Origin: a virus
DNA: 64,000 nucleotides
IMG/VR virus record: IMGVR_UViG_3300022719_000039
Span: 1 to 64,000 of that record
Reading direction: 5' to 3' (one strand)
Positions 54,500 through 62,735 of the stretch are shown piece by piece (position 1 is the stretch's first letter; every line of letters starts with the position of its first letter). Position numbers and translations under genes: made by a program. The notes below the pieces were generated by a model. It had not been told where the DNA came from. It did not search any database and saw only the letters and a program-made list of their open reading frames with translations.

Positions 54500-54668
54500 A
54501 GCTAATCCTGTTACATTAGTATATCAAGCAGTACTTATACTTGCTTATATTGCTTTGGCTATAAGCTATAATGTTACCTTCCTCATAATGATTTTAACTT
54601 TCCAGACAATATTCTTTATATTTATTATAAAGGATTATAAAAAGACTAAAAAGAGAGTTGAAAAATGA
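54468..54668 (+). CDS. small two-TM membrane protein
   Basis: Two hydrophobic segments and a basic tail. Confidence 0.6.
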   Translation: MKNFTVKEYLRANPVTLVYQAVLILAYIALAISYNVTFLIMILTFQTIFFIFIIKDYKKTKKRVEK

Positions 54669-55057
54669 TTTACCTTGTATATATATCAACCTTAATAATA
54701 TTCATAATAGTTGCAGAAATATTCATGGACATAAGAGAATTTAATGATCCTGAAGAATTTATAGACCATAAAGGAAAGATACCATTAAGAGGAATAGCTA
54801 TATTATATGCTAACTTTATTAATCTTTTACTGATATATCCTATAAGTAAACATGATGATATATTAACAGGAGTAGGATGTTTTATATACTCATTAGGTTT
54901 ATACTGGATATTATTTGATATAGGAATAGCCAAAGTAGTTCTTAATAAAGAATGGTATTACTTAGGAAATACATCAAAATTAGATAAGATAGGAAAGATT
55001 ACTAATTTTACATTAAAAGCGGGGTTAATAATAATTAGCATAATACTATTGATATGA
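54665..55057 (+). CDS. four-TM membrane protein
   Basis: Hydrophobic segments with IDH, W..FD and W.YLG.TS..D motifs. Confidence 0.65.
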   Translation: MIYLVYISTLIIFIIVAEIFMDIREFNDPEEFIDHKGKIPLRGIAILYANFINLLLIYPISKHDDILTGVGCFIYSLGLYWILFDIGIAKVVLNKEWYYLGNTSKLDKIGKITNFTLKAGLIIISIILLI

Positions 55058-55245
55058 CAGGTACAATTAAAAATATAATAGATACCTATGAAATAGCAGA
55101 GCTAGAAACAAACGGTATCTTAACTTTTTATACAGTATATACTACAAACTTAAAATACTACTATCAATTCTTTAACCATGAAAATAACCTATTGCAAGTA
55201 CATACATTAAACAGAAATTTGTTCAGAGCAATACCACTTAATTAA
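55054..55245 (+). CDS. hypothetical protein
   Basis: 63-aa ORF, ATGA-coupled to the previous gene. Confidence 0.5.
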   Translation: MTGTIKNIIDTYEIAELETNGILTFYTVYTTNLKYYYQFFNHENNLLQVHTLNRNLFRAIPLN

Positions 55246-55247
55246 TA

Positions 55248-55430
55248 ATGCAAAAACTCATAATAACATACAATAAAAATATAGTTAAAGAAGGTGATAA
55301 AAGTTATAGAGGATGGATAAGACAATTACCTCATATAAATACTGTACAAGAAACAGAAAGAAGAACAAAAGAAATTATAAGAACAAAATTATATAAGTAT
55401 ATAAAGAACATAAATTACAGTCAAACCTAG
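55248..55430 (+). CDS. hypothetical protein
   Basis: 60-aa ORF. Confidence 0.5.
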   Translation: MQKLIITYNKNIVKEGDKSYRGWIRQLPHINTVQETERRTKEIIRTKLYKYIKNINYSQT

Positions 55431-55805
55431 ATGGAAGTATTTATAGACCTCAAAGACAGAACAGCAATAATTAAGGATAGAAGAACAGAAAACAACCTTA
55501 TAGTTAATGATGCTTTTCCTATACCCCAAAACAAGATAACACCTAGCTTATTATATACTATAGACAGGAAGATACAATCCAAAAGAAATAAAGAAGAAAT
55601 AGACATTATTGTACAAGTACAAGAAACAATTAAAACAACCTATACCAACATAAATTTTACAAAACTCATACCTATAGTATCAAGTAACTTCATTAATACC
55701 CAACAACCAATACTTACCCCAATAGATTCTATTAACATGCTCAACAAGAGCATAGAAGAGGTGGAAGTTGCAAAAAATAAAGAAAAAGATACTCTAAAAT
55801 TTTGA
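55431..55805 (+). CDS. hypothetical protein
   Basis: 124-aa ORF. Confidence 0.55.
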   Translation: MEVFIDLKDRTAIIKDRRTENNLIVNDAFPIPQNKITPSLLYTIDRKIQSKRNKEEIDIIVQVQETIKTTYTNINFTKLIPIVSSNFINTQQPILTPIDSINMLNKSIEEVEVAKNKEKDTLKF

Positions 55806-55831
55806 TTTCTACTTGAAAATAATTATCTTTG
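55801..55831 (+). promoter_or_regulatory. Bacteroidota primary-sigma promoter
   Basis: TTTG (55801-55804), 19-nt spacer, TATCTTTG (55824-55831). Exact -33/-7 consensus. Confidence 0.7.
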
Positions 55832-55881
55832 ATTGCACGTCAATCAGGAGGCTGTGCCGTTGCTCTGACATACCTATAAAA

Positions 55882-55912
55882 ACGGTACTCCATATATAAA
55901 GTACCGTCTTTC
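55882..55912 (+). terminator. hairpin/terminator ending a candidate ~75-nt small RNA
   Basis: ACGGTACT-N10-AGTACCGT followed by CTTTC. Confidence 0.45.
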
Positions 55913-56083
55913 TAAAACATACCCCCCTACTTTACTACAGAAAACTCAAAATCCTAGAAGGAGAAAGATGCAGTTGTTTACAATGCGGTTTACAATAAAA
56001 TAAATACAGTAGTTTGTAGTAAACTTGCAATAACACTTACACCGGTTGCAGCAACATCTTATAACCTTAGTACAGGATGGAAG

Positions 56084-56220
56084 TAAAAATAAGAGTCATT
56101 AAGAGCAGGAGGAGAAAGGGGAAAGTATAAAAATATAAGTCATTAAGAACAGGGATATAAAAAATAAGAGTCATTAAGAAGGAGAATACTATTATATATA
56201 TGAGTCATTAAGAGCGGGGG
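56084..56220 (+). repeat. four iteron-like direct repeats, AGTCATTAAGA
   Basis: Exact 11-mers at 56094, 56138, 56169 and 56203, each preceded by an AT-rich tract. Confidence 0.85.
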
Positions 56221-56282
56221 GTACCTTAATCGAAGAACCCCGCATTGAAATTCATGGGGCTTCACCCCCATGAATTTCATGC
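56214..56282. repeat. adjacent GC-rich inverted repeats, including a perfect 14-bp hairpin
   Basis: GCGGGG...CCCCGC (56214-56243) and TGAAATTCATGGGG-CTTCAC-CCCCATGAATTTCA (56246-56279). Confidence 0.85.
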
Positions 56283-56386
56283 ATCCAAAATCAAAGAACC
56301 TCTACTAAAAGCCGGGTACATATACGTATCTAGGTTAAGTAGACTTACCTATAAATAGTCTGCACAACTCTAAACCTTACAAAATC

Positions 56387-56893
56387 ATGAAAAGGTCAGA
56401 GTTTCAGAAAAAGTACTCCGTAATTAAGCAGCCCGGAGTGTATACAATTGCTGTTGCACAAAGTAGTAAACCTTTCCCACTTCTCTATGCTGATGGCGAA
56501 GAAGTTATTAGCACAAGAGAAGGAACCGAAGGGTTACCATTGCACAAACGGATTGTGAATACTTTCATAGTTCGACCTGACGCAGTGGACAAAGTAGTAG
56601 ACTTCTGGAAAGGACGTGAAGAGGCGTCCGATGCCGAAGTATACGAAATGCTTCGAGATGATGAGGGAAGCCTACTGATGACAGGGAACATTATCTTCAC
56701 AGAAGGTAATGATCCGGGGCCACCAATGCGTGGCCAGAAGATCAAAGTATCCATAGATTGGGTACCCAACCGGTTAGGTGAGGAAATCCTGAACATCGTG
56801 GAGACACAGATCATTGAAGCTGGTGGACAAATAGAATCCTTCAGCTTCGATGACTTCTTCGAAAACGAAGCTAAGACTAAGAAGTCTGCCTAG
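56387..56893 (+). CDS. hypothetical protein, possibly OB-fold/SSB-like early protein
   Basis: 168 aa, visibly higher GC than its flanks, beta-rich with an acidic/aromatic tail (FSFDDFFENE). Has its own terminator. Confidence 0.5.
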   Translation: MKRSEFQKKYSVIKQPGVYTIAVAQSSKPFPLLYADGEEVISTREGTEGLPLHKRIVNTFIVRPDAVDKVVDFWKGREEASDAEVYEMLRDDEGSLLMTGNIIFTEGNDPGPPMRGQKIKVSIDWVPNRLGEEILNIVETQIIEAGGQIESFSFDDFFENEAKTKKSA

Positions 56894-56899
56894 TATAGT

Positions 56900-56934
56900 T
56901 GAGCAGGTTGGCATAGCTAACCTGCTCACTTTTT
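56900..56934 (+). terminator. intrinsic terminator
   Basis: TGAGCAGGTT...AACCTGCTCA stem followed by CTTTTT. Confidence 0.85.
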
Positions 56935-57046
56935 AAAACTCCCTACTTAAAACTCCCTACTTAAACTTGTAAGTGAAGTTAACCTGCTTACTCTACTTAA
57001 ACTTGTAAGTGAAGTAATAGTACAACTCTACTTAAACTTGTAAGTG
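56935..57046 (+). repeat. three copies of CTACTTAAACTTGTAAGTG (period 35-36 bp) plus a partial copy
   Basis: Copies at 56957, 56993 and 57028. Each contains the dyad ACTTA-N6-TAAGT. Confidence 0.85.
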
Positions 57047-57163
57047 GGATATTAACAAACCTAAAAACCAAATTAAAATGAAAAAGTTAGCAAATTACTT
57101 AGAGTACGACTATCTATTCCCTTCTAGGACTTCACGATTAAGTAAAACTTAAACCAAGTAACC

Positions 57164-57364
57164 ATGACTATTAAGATAGATCAAAGATGTATACTGGAAT
57201 GTCCAGTATGTAGAGAAAATATAATACCTAGTGACAGGGTAGTTATATATAAAGGTGTAGAAACACACCTATGTTGTGCAGCAGAGGAAGAGTATAAAGA
57301 AGAGTATAGAATAGAGTACAAAGAGAACAGAAGAAGATGTAGAAAGGAGTATGCAGATGGTTAG
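57164..57364 (+). CDS. small Cys/His zinc-finger-like protein
   Basis: CPVC...HLCC. Confidence 0.55.
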   Translation: MTIKIDQRCILECPVCRENIIPSDRVVIYKGVETHLCCAAEEEYKEEYRIEYKENRRRCRKEYADG

Positions 57365-57539
57365 GATATACATTGATCAGGAAGGCAAGTTCCTGATACC
57401 TAAAGATGCTGTACTTACTATACTTCGGGAAGGATATACAAGATATATGTCAGGAACTCGTAGTATAGTTATAGGAGGTAAACAGAAGTTTGTTTATCCT
57501 TCAGTGCTGCAAAGAGTTAAAAAGTTAGCAAAAAGTTAG
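57351..57539 (+). CDS. hypothetical protein
   Basis: 62-aa ORF. Confidence 0.5.
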   Translation: MQMVRIYIDQEGKFLIPKDAVLTILREGYTRYMSGTRSIVIGGKQKFVYPSVLQRVKKLAKS

Positions 57540-57556
57540 TAAAATATGTTGAAAAA

Positions 57557-57588
57557 TTTGCGGTTTTGCTGATTTTTCGTTACCTTTA
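57557..57588 (+). promoter_or_regulatory. Bacteroidota-type promoter (one mismatch)
   Basis: TTTG (57557-57560), 20-nt spacer, TACCTTTA (57581-57588). Confidence 0.5.
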
Positions 57589-57601
57589 AGTACTCATGTA
57601 C

Positions 57602-57644
57602 GGGGAGGGTACTGTTTCCGCAGAATCAGTGCCTTCTCCTTTTT
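57602..57644 (+). terminator. strong hairpin with U-tract directly after the promoter (candidate ~50-nt small RNA)
   Basis: GGGGAGGGTACTG pairs with CAGTGCCTTCTCC (13 bp including G-U pairs), followed by TTTTT. Confidence 0.7.
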
Positions 57645-57705
57645 AATTTTATCTAGCCTCAACACGTAAGTGAAGAGTAACACAAGGAACAGCACAGATA
57701 ACAGA

Positions 57706-57864
57706 TCAAAATCCTAGAAGGGAATAGAAGGTGGGTAAACGTACTAACAAAAATTGTACAAATGTACTAACAAAGTTCAAAGTCCTAGAAGGAGAAAGAA
57801 GTTTGTACAAGTGTACTATAAAAGATAGATGCTGGAACAAGTGCTAGAACAGATGCTGGAACAG
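57706..57864 (+). repeat. cluster of short direct repeats
   Basis: TCAAA(A/G)TCCTAGAAGG twice, GTACTAACAAA twice, AGATGCTGGAACA twice. Confidence 0.7.
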
Positions 57865-58075
57865 CTAAGACAAAAGCATATATAACAGGTGAAAGTTTGC
57901 TACAAAACTCCCTGACACTAAACACATATTGTACACTACACAAAAATTTCACATATTAATAGTATAGTGTTAAGAACATTAAACAAACTTAAACCTAAAA
58001 AAAAATAGAACATTAATTGTATAAATAGAAAAGCATATATTAATAAGTAAAAATTCTATTTGAAATTATAACAGA

Positions 58076-58540
58076 ATGAAAAAGTTAACAACAGATGAGA
58101 TAAGAAACTTCTTGTATAACGAGAAGTTATCACAGCATATAAGATATGCTATAGAAGCATTAGAGGAGTTTGAAAATACTCCCAAGTGTAAAGTTAATAT
58201 GTACACTTTTCATGCTGGCAGTGGACATGTTTGCGTAGCTTGTTTAGGTGGCATTGCTGCTATAAAAAGGGCAAATGCTATAGGAGAATTTATACATCAT
58301 AGGGGTATGTTAGCAGTACATGCTGACGCAGTAGACAAGATATTAGCATACGAGCATATGCTAAATGATATCAGAGACGGTAATATACTGGCAGCTTATG
58401 AGAGACTCGGAGGGAAGGTAGAAGATATACCTGAAGAAATTGATAGTTATATTAATGTACCTAACTATCATACCGCTCCAAAAGCTTTCAAACGAACAAT
58501 GCTTGATCTTGCTGATAAGTTAGAAACTTACAATCTATAA
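58076..58540 (+). CDS. hypothetical protein
   Basis: 154 aa with a C.ACLGG motif. Confidence 0.65.
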   Translation: MKKLTTDEIRNFLYNEKLSQHIRYAIEALEEFENTPKCKVNMYTFHAGSGHVCVACLGGIAAIKRANAIGEFIHHRGMLAVHADAVDKILAYEHMLNDIRDGNILAAYERLGGKVEDIPEEIDSYINVPNYHTAPKAFKRTMLDLADKLETYNL

Positions 58541-58553
58541 TTTATAATCTATA

Positions 58554-58883
58554 ATGATGGAAATAATTAATAAAACTCCTCATCCAATCAACATAGTTGA
58601 TAATGAGGGGAAGATAATAAGAACAATAGAGAAAGATAAAGTGCCTATCAGACTTGCATCTAAAACAGTACAAGTTGGAAAGATAAATAATATACCTATC
58701 TCTGAAACAAAATTCGGTGAACCAACGGGACTACCGGAATCTGTTAAAGGTGTATTCTATATTGTATCACAACTAGTAATGAATGCTTTACCTCATAGAA
58801 CTGACTTTCTTATTCCTGCTGAAGTAGCAAGGGATAATGAAGGTAATATAATAGGTTGTAGATCATTGGGGAAATTTTTATAA
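58554..58883 (+). CDS. widespread phage protein of unknown function (N.TPH family)
   Basis: IN.TPH.I, GLPE...GV.YIVS, R.D.L.P and RD..G.IIGC. Confidence 0.7.
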   Translation: MMEIINKTPHPINIVDNEGKIIRTIEKDKVPIRLASKTVQVGKINNIPISETKFGEPTGLPESVKGVFYIVSQLVMNALPHRTDFLIPAEVARDNEGNIIGCRSLGKFL

Positions 58884-58904
58884 TGTATTAAAAACCATAA
58901 GGTT

Positions 58905-59489
58905 ATGATAGATTTTTACGAGAAGATAAAAGAGTTACTTGTTTTCGAATCAGACGATGATTTCTACTATTTGCAAATATTGCAACGTAAGAAGGAAAAC
59001 CCACAATTAGGATCGAATAGTAGAGTTATTAAGAATTACTACATAGGAAGTGTAGAATATCTTGAAAGTAGGTATGAAGAGATAAAAGGATTGTGTAATC
59101 TGTTTAATGCAAGAGCTATGCTTAGACTAAATAAAAGGTCTTACAGTAAAGTAGCATTTAAAACTATGCAGAACATAGCCAATTCAATGGCTAATGGTGA
59201 ATACTCTTTCATTAAAAAGTCTTATGACCGAGCTTGTGGTAATGGGCATAATGATAAGAATAAAACTTGGATAATTGATATTGATGGTAATTTTGATGAT
59301 GATTATATTTTTGAACTTGTATACTATATTAATGACTGCAGGCCAAAAGGCTATAAGTTAGTAACAGAATTATCAACTAAGAATGGATTACATATAATAA
59401 CAAGACCTTTCGATTTAAGAGGTTTCAAAGATAAATATCCTGAAGTTGAAATTCATAAGGATAACCCTATTAACTTATTTATACCGTGA
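58905..59489 (+). CDS. AEP-superfamily (primase/polymerase-like) protein
   Basis: WIIDID (motif I) and STKNGLHII (motif II). Confidence 0.5.
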   Translation: MIDFYEKIKELLVFESDDDFYYLQILQRKKENPQLGSNSRVIKNYYIGSVEYLESRYEEIKGLCNLFNARAMLRLNKRSYSKVAFKTMQNIANSMANGEYSFIKKSYDRACGNGHNDKNKTWIIDIDGNFDDDYIFELVYYINDCRPKGYKLVTELSTKNGLHIITRPFDLRGFKDKYPEVEIHKDNPINLFIP

Positions 59490-59734
59490 AGTCGAAATTG
59501 TCTGTAATAGCAGATGTCCAAAATCATAGAACCTCTTCTAAGTTCGGGATACAATACAGGATTAAAGTAAGTTAATTAAATCTACAGATCAATTTAAAAA
59601 TACATGAAAACCTTGATGCAAAAAAAGCATGGAGCTATATAGATACTAACCTTGAATCCGGTGATAAAATCGAAACAAAAATCAAAGTAAGATCAAAGAT
59701 AATTCATACAGATATTTATATACTTAAAAATTAA
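59486..59734 (+). pseudogene. possible interrupted small gene
   Basis: GTG coupled to the upstream stop. The frame stays open to TAA at 59732-59734 except for one in-frame TAA at 59573-59575. Confidence 0.3.
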
Positions 59735-59745
59735 AACCTACAGAT

Positions 59746-60783
59746 ATGAAAGTAAAGGAATGGAAAAAAGGACTATCACATGTAATGAAAGTTGTAAAAA
59801 AGTCTAACATACCTATCCTTCAACGTATAAATGTTGAAAATGGTTATATGTGGGCTTCAGATATGGAAACCTACTTAGCTTACCACATTTACTGTGATAA
59901 CTTTAAAGGATTACTACCTGCTTTTGAATTCAACTCCATAATAAAAGGACTAAATTCAGAAGACAAGATAAACCTTGTTAATCAAGGCAAGGAGATACTA
60001 ATGATAGTAAATAATGATACTAAAATTACCCTTGAAACAGAAGATAGAAATCATTTCCCTAAAGTACCAATTGTGCCTCCACATGATATTGACTTGAAAT
60101 ATCAGGGGATGATATCAAAAGAAGATGTAAAGAAAATAAAGATAGCTTCCAAGTTTGCACGTAATAATCTGGATAAAATTCTCATAGGGAATAACATTGT
60201 TGGCACTGATGGCTTTGTAATGTATTGGGAAAGGAAGAGTGGAAGTTATAATGAAGAAAGAATACTACCTAAAAATATAGCTCGTTACCTGAAGAATTCT
60301 ACTTATTCTTTACATGAGAATAGAAAAGACTTAGGTGTGTTTTTTACACCTATTGATGGTAAAGGGGTAATTTATACAAAGAAGCGTGATGAGAAATATC
60401 CTGCTTATTTATCTGTAATACCAAATGATCCTCCTTTTACAATTAATACAGACAAAAAGATATTAATGTCTAAAGTGAATCACATAATAAAAGTATCTGA
60501 TTTAGACATTAAAGAGGTGAGATTTAATATACCTTTTCTTGATAATAAGATAAAATTATCAACTTTAAATAGTGATTCTAAAGTTTGTTTTGAAAGTCTT
60601 ATTGATTTTGATAAAGTCTCCCCCAAACTGCCGGAAGAAGATTATGTTTTTGCTTTAAATGCTAAATTTCTATTAAGTATCTTAAAAGAATGCGAAGGAG
60701 AAAAAGTTACATTTAAATTTTCGACTCCGCATAGACCTGTACTTATTAATGATAACTTTCTAATAATGCCAATAACAATCTAA
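59746..60783 (+). CDS. dnaN: DNA polymerase III beta sliding-clamp homologue
   Basis: 345 aa, with IPIL..I, ASD.E, FP.VP, VGTDG, YP.Y..VIP, NAKFL..IL, FS.P.RP.LI and C-terminal IMP. Confidence 0.8.
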   Translation: MKVKEWKKGLSHVMKVVKKSNIPILQRINVENGYMWASDMETYLAYHIYCDNFKGLLPAFEFNSIIKGLNSEDKINLVNQGKEILMIVNNDTKITLETEDRNHFPKVPIVPPHDIDLKYQGMISKEDVKKIKIASKFARNNLDKILIGNNIVGTDGFVMYWERKSGSYNEERILPKNIARYLKNSTYSLHENRKDLGVFFTPIDGKGVIYTKKRDEKYPAYLSVIPNDPPFTINTDKKILMSKVNHIIKVSDLDIKEVRFNIPFLDNKIKLSTLNSDSKVCFESLIDFDKVSPKLPEEDYVFALNAKFLLSILKECEGEKVTFKFSTPHRPVLINDNFLIMPITI

Positions 60784-60797
60784 CTACTAAATTAAAA

Positions 60798-61034
60798 ATG
60801 GAAAACTCAGAGAACACCGAAAGTAGCACACAAGAGTTACGAGAAAAATTAACATACTTAGAAAAGAAAGGAAAAGAATTAGATTTTAATCTAGGTTATC
60901 TGCAAGCCATAATAGATATTCATGAGATAGGCTCAAAAGAGAAGAACCTTTCAAAAAGTGAACTTCTTTTTGAATTAGGTATAAAATTAAACAGAAAACT
61001 AAAAGACAAAATTAGTAATGAAGACAAAAAGTAA
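60798..61034 (+). CDS. hypothetical protein
   Basis: 78-aa ORF. Confidence 0.55.
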   Translation: MENSENTESSTQELREKLTYLEKKGKELDFNLGYLQAIIDIHEIGSKEKNLSKSELLFELGIKLNRKLKDKISNEDKK

Positions 61035-61758
61035 ATATAAAAGAGACAGATTCAAAGCTATTATACTATCAGAACTAACTCCTAGAATTAAGAAAGAAGT
61101 CTATAACCTTGTTAAAACTGCTTCAGACAGCGATAAGGTTGATGGACATAAGAACTGGGAATTTGGTGCAGAGTTTGATAGAAAAGGGAGAGGTTCTGCA
61201 CTTAATTGGAGCCTTTATGATGTGGGAAGCGATATACATAACCGTAAAAGGTTGATTGTAATACAAGTAAGGCAGTTTATTAAAAATCCTAAACGACAGT
61301 TTGCAAATATTAGAAAGTCCTACTTTTTAATAGGCCGTAATGAAGATAATAGTGTTTTTGCACACCCTGTAGAAAGCAGGGTAATACATCATGCAATAAG
61401 TAAAGGTAATGATGTAATAAAATCTGTACAAGATTGGATTTTTGGATGTGATTATACAAAAATCCAAAGGCAGGGGGACATAGCAGTAATACCTGTAAGA
61501 AAGAACCAACTTAAAGGGGATATATATGATAATAATGAATATAAAATAAAACCAGAGAATGGTTCTGACAATCACTTTTTGCAGGCTTATGAAATAATGA
61601 TAGATGAAAGCAAACATTGCCAAACTGTATTTGCAAATAATCCTTTTTTGCAGCACTTACCGGGTGTTCATCCTGATATAAAAGCAAAAGGATGGCATAA
61701 AATAATAATAGGAAAAAGGGCTAACTTTTATGATTTTGCAGCACCTACTATTGATTAA
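61018..61758 (+). CDS. conserved hypothetical phage protein
   Basis: 246 aa with YFL.G.NED...F.H, RQGD...IP and H...HP motifs. Confidence 0.65.
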   Translation: MKTKSKYKRDRFKAIILSELTPRIKKEVYNLVKTASDSDKVDGHKNWEFGAEFDRKGRGSALNWSLYDVGSDIHNRKRLIVIQVRQFIKNPKRQFANIRKSYFLIGRNEDNSVFAHPVESRVIHHAISKGNDVIKSVQDWIFGCDYTKIQRQGDIAVIPVRKNQLKGDIYDNNEYKIKPENGSDNHFLQAYEIMIDESKHCQTVFANNPFLQHLPGVHPDIKAKGWHKIIIGKRANFYDFAAPTID

Positions 61759-61818
61759 TCATAGTAAAAAATGTAAATAAACTTAATATTTATGTAAGAT
61801 AAAATAGATATAAAAACA

Positions 61819-62049
61819 ATGGCCTTATATAAAAAAGCAAAAGAAAAATGGTACAAATGGAGAGATGGCTTTTCTAATGATCCTGTAGAGGGTATACTTC
61901 TTTGGGAATTTGAACATATACATTATAGATTTAAATTAGAAGCATATTACTGTAGAGATAGTCTCAATGAAGTAGCAATATTTAAATTCTATACTGACGA
62001 GATAGGAGGAGTATTTGAAATATATAAGTTACACCAAAAATTTAAATGA
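61819..62049 (+). CDS. hypothetical protein
   Basis: 76-aa ORF. Confidence 0.55.
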   Translation: MALYKKAKEKWYKWRDGFSNDPVEGILLWEFEHIHYRFKLEAYYCRDSLNEVAIFKFYTDEIGGVFEIYKLHQKFK

Positions 62050-62488
62050 GATGAATTATACATTTCACACAAAAGAAAAAGGTACTTTCAATGTACAAGT
62101 TAATAAAAATGGTACTATTACAAAAATAGAAGGTAAAGTACCTATAAAACCTATTAAAGTAGGTATGAGTATATTTAGAGCAGTTGAGATATTAACTTTA
62201 GAGTATAATAAATTACTTTTAAAGCATACAGACTTACTTAACAAATATGAAGTAACAGAGAGGCAAAGTTTCATTATAAAGGTAAACAAGCCTGATTGGA
62301 AATATAGTAGTGGTAATCATCCCATAATAGTATCATTACTAACTCTAAAGGGTGGAAGATCGGTTAGTGCTTGTAATCACAGTTTTTCTAATGCTCTGGA
62401 TAGAGCCTTATCTGAATTATTTTCTTTAAGCCAAAAAACCTTACAAAATGGAAGAAGTAATAATACCAAAAGTAAAACAATTATATAA
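62015..62488 (+). CDS. hypothetical protein (true start probably ATG at 62051)
   Basis: ORF whose MNYTFH begins just after the previous stop. Confidence 0.55.
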   Translation: MKYISYTKNLNEMNYTFHTKEKGTFNVQVNKNGTITKIEGKVPIKPIKVGMSIFRAVEILTLEYNKLLLKHTDLLNKYEVTERQSFIIKVNKPDWKYSSGNHPIIVSLLTLKGGRSVSACNHSFSNALDRALSELFSLSQKTLQNGRSNNTKSKTII

Positions 62489-62735
62489 TAATGCTGGCAA
62501 TGCAATAGCAAACCATTACATAGTACAACAAAGTGATGGTACAGAGTTCTTCATATCTTATGACAAAGTAATAGTCATGAAGGATAAAAAAGGAAATATA
62601 TATTTAGATGAAAATTACCATGATTATTCCAAAACTACAACAAGGTATAGAAACACTTATCTGCTTGAAACTAATAAAAGGGTTAAAGAACTTGTAAAAA
62701 ATGAAACTTACAAACTAAAAGACCTAAACAAATGA
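62448..62735 (+). CDS. widespread small phage early protein
   Basis: F.SY...I, LD..Y.DYS.TT.RYRN.L. Confidence 0.65.
   Translation: MEEVIIPKVKQLYNNAGNAIANHYIVQQSDGTEFFISYDKVIVMKDKKGNIYLDENYHDYSKTTTRYRNTYLLETNKRVKELVKNETYKLKDLNK

Noticed and set aside
56084-56220. CRISPR array from the AGTCATTAAGA repeats
   Set aside because: The core is 11 bp with irregular spacing and low-complexity intervals. It fits protein-binding repeats better.
56935-57046. Mini CRISPR array
   Set aside because: The repeat is 19-23 bp with linkers of only 13-17 nt, far shorter than spacers, and no cas genes are present.
55806-58075. tRNA genes in the non-coding region
   Set aside because: No cloverleaf or T-arm (GTTCRA) signature was found by eye.
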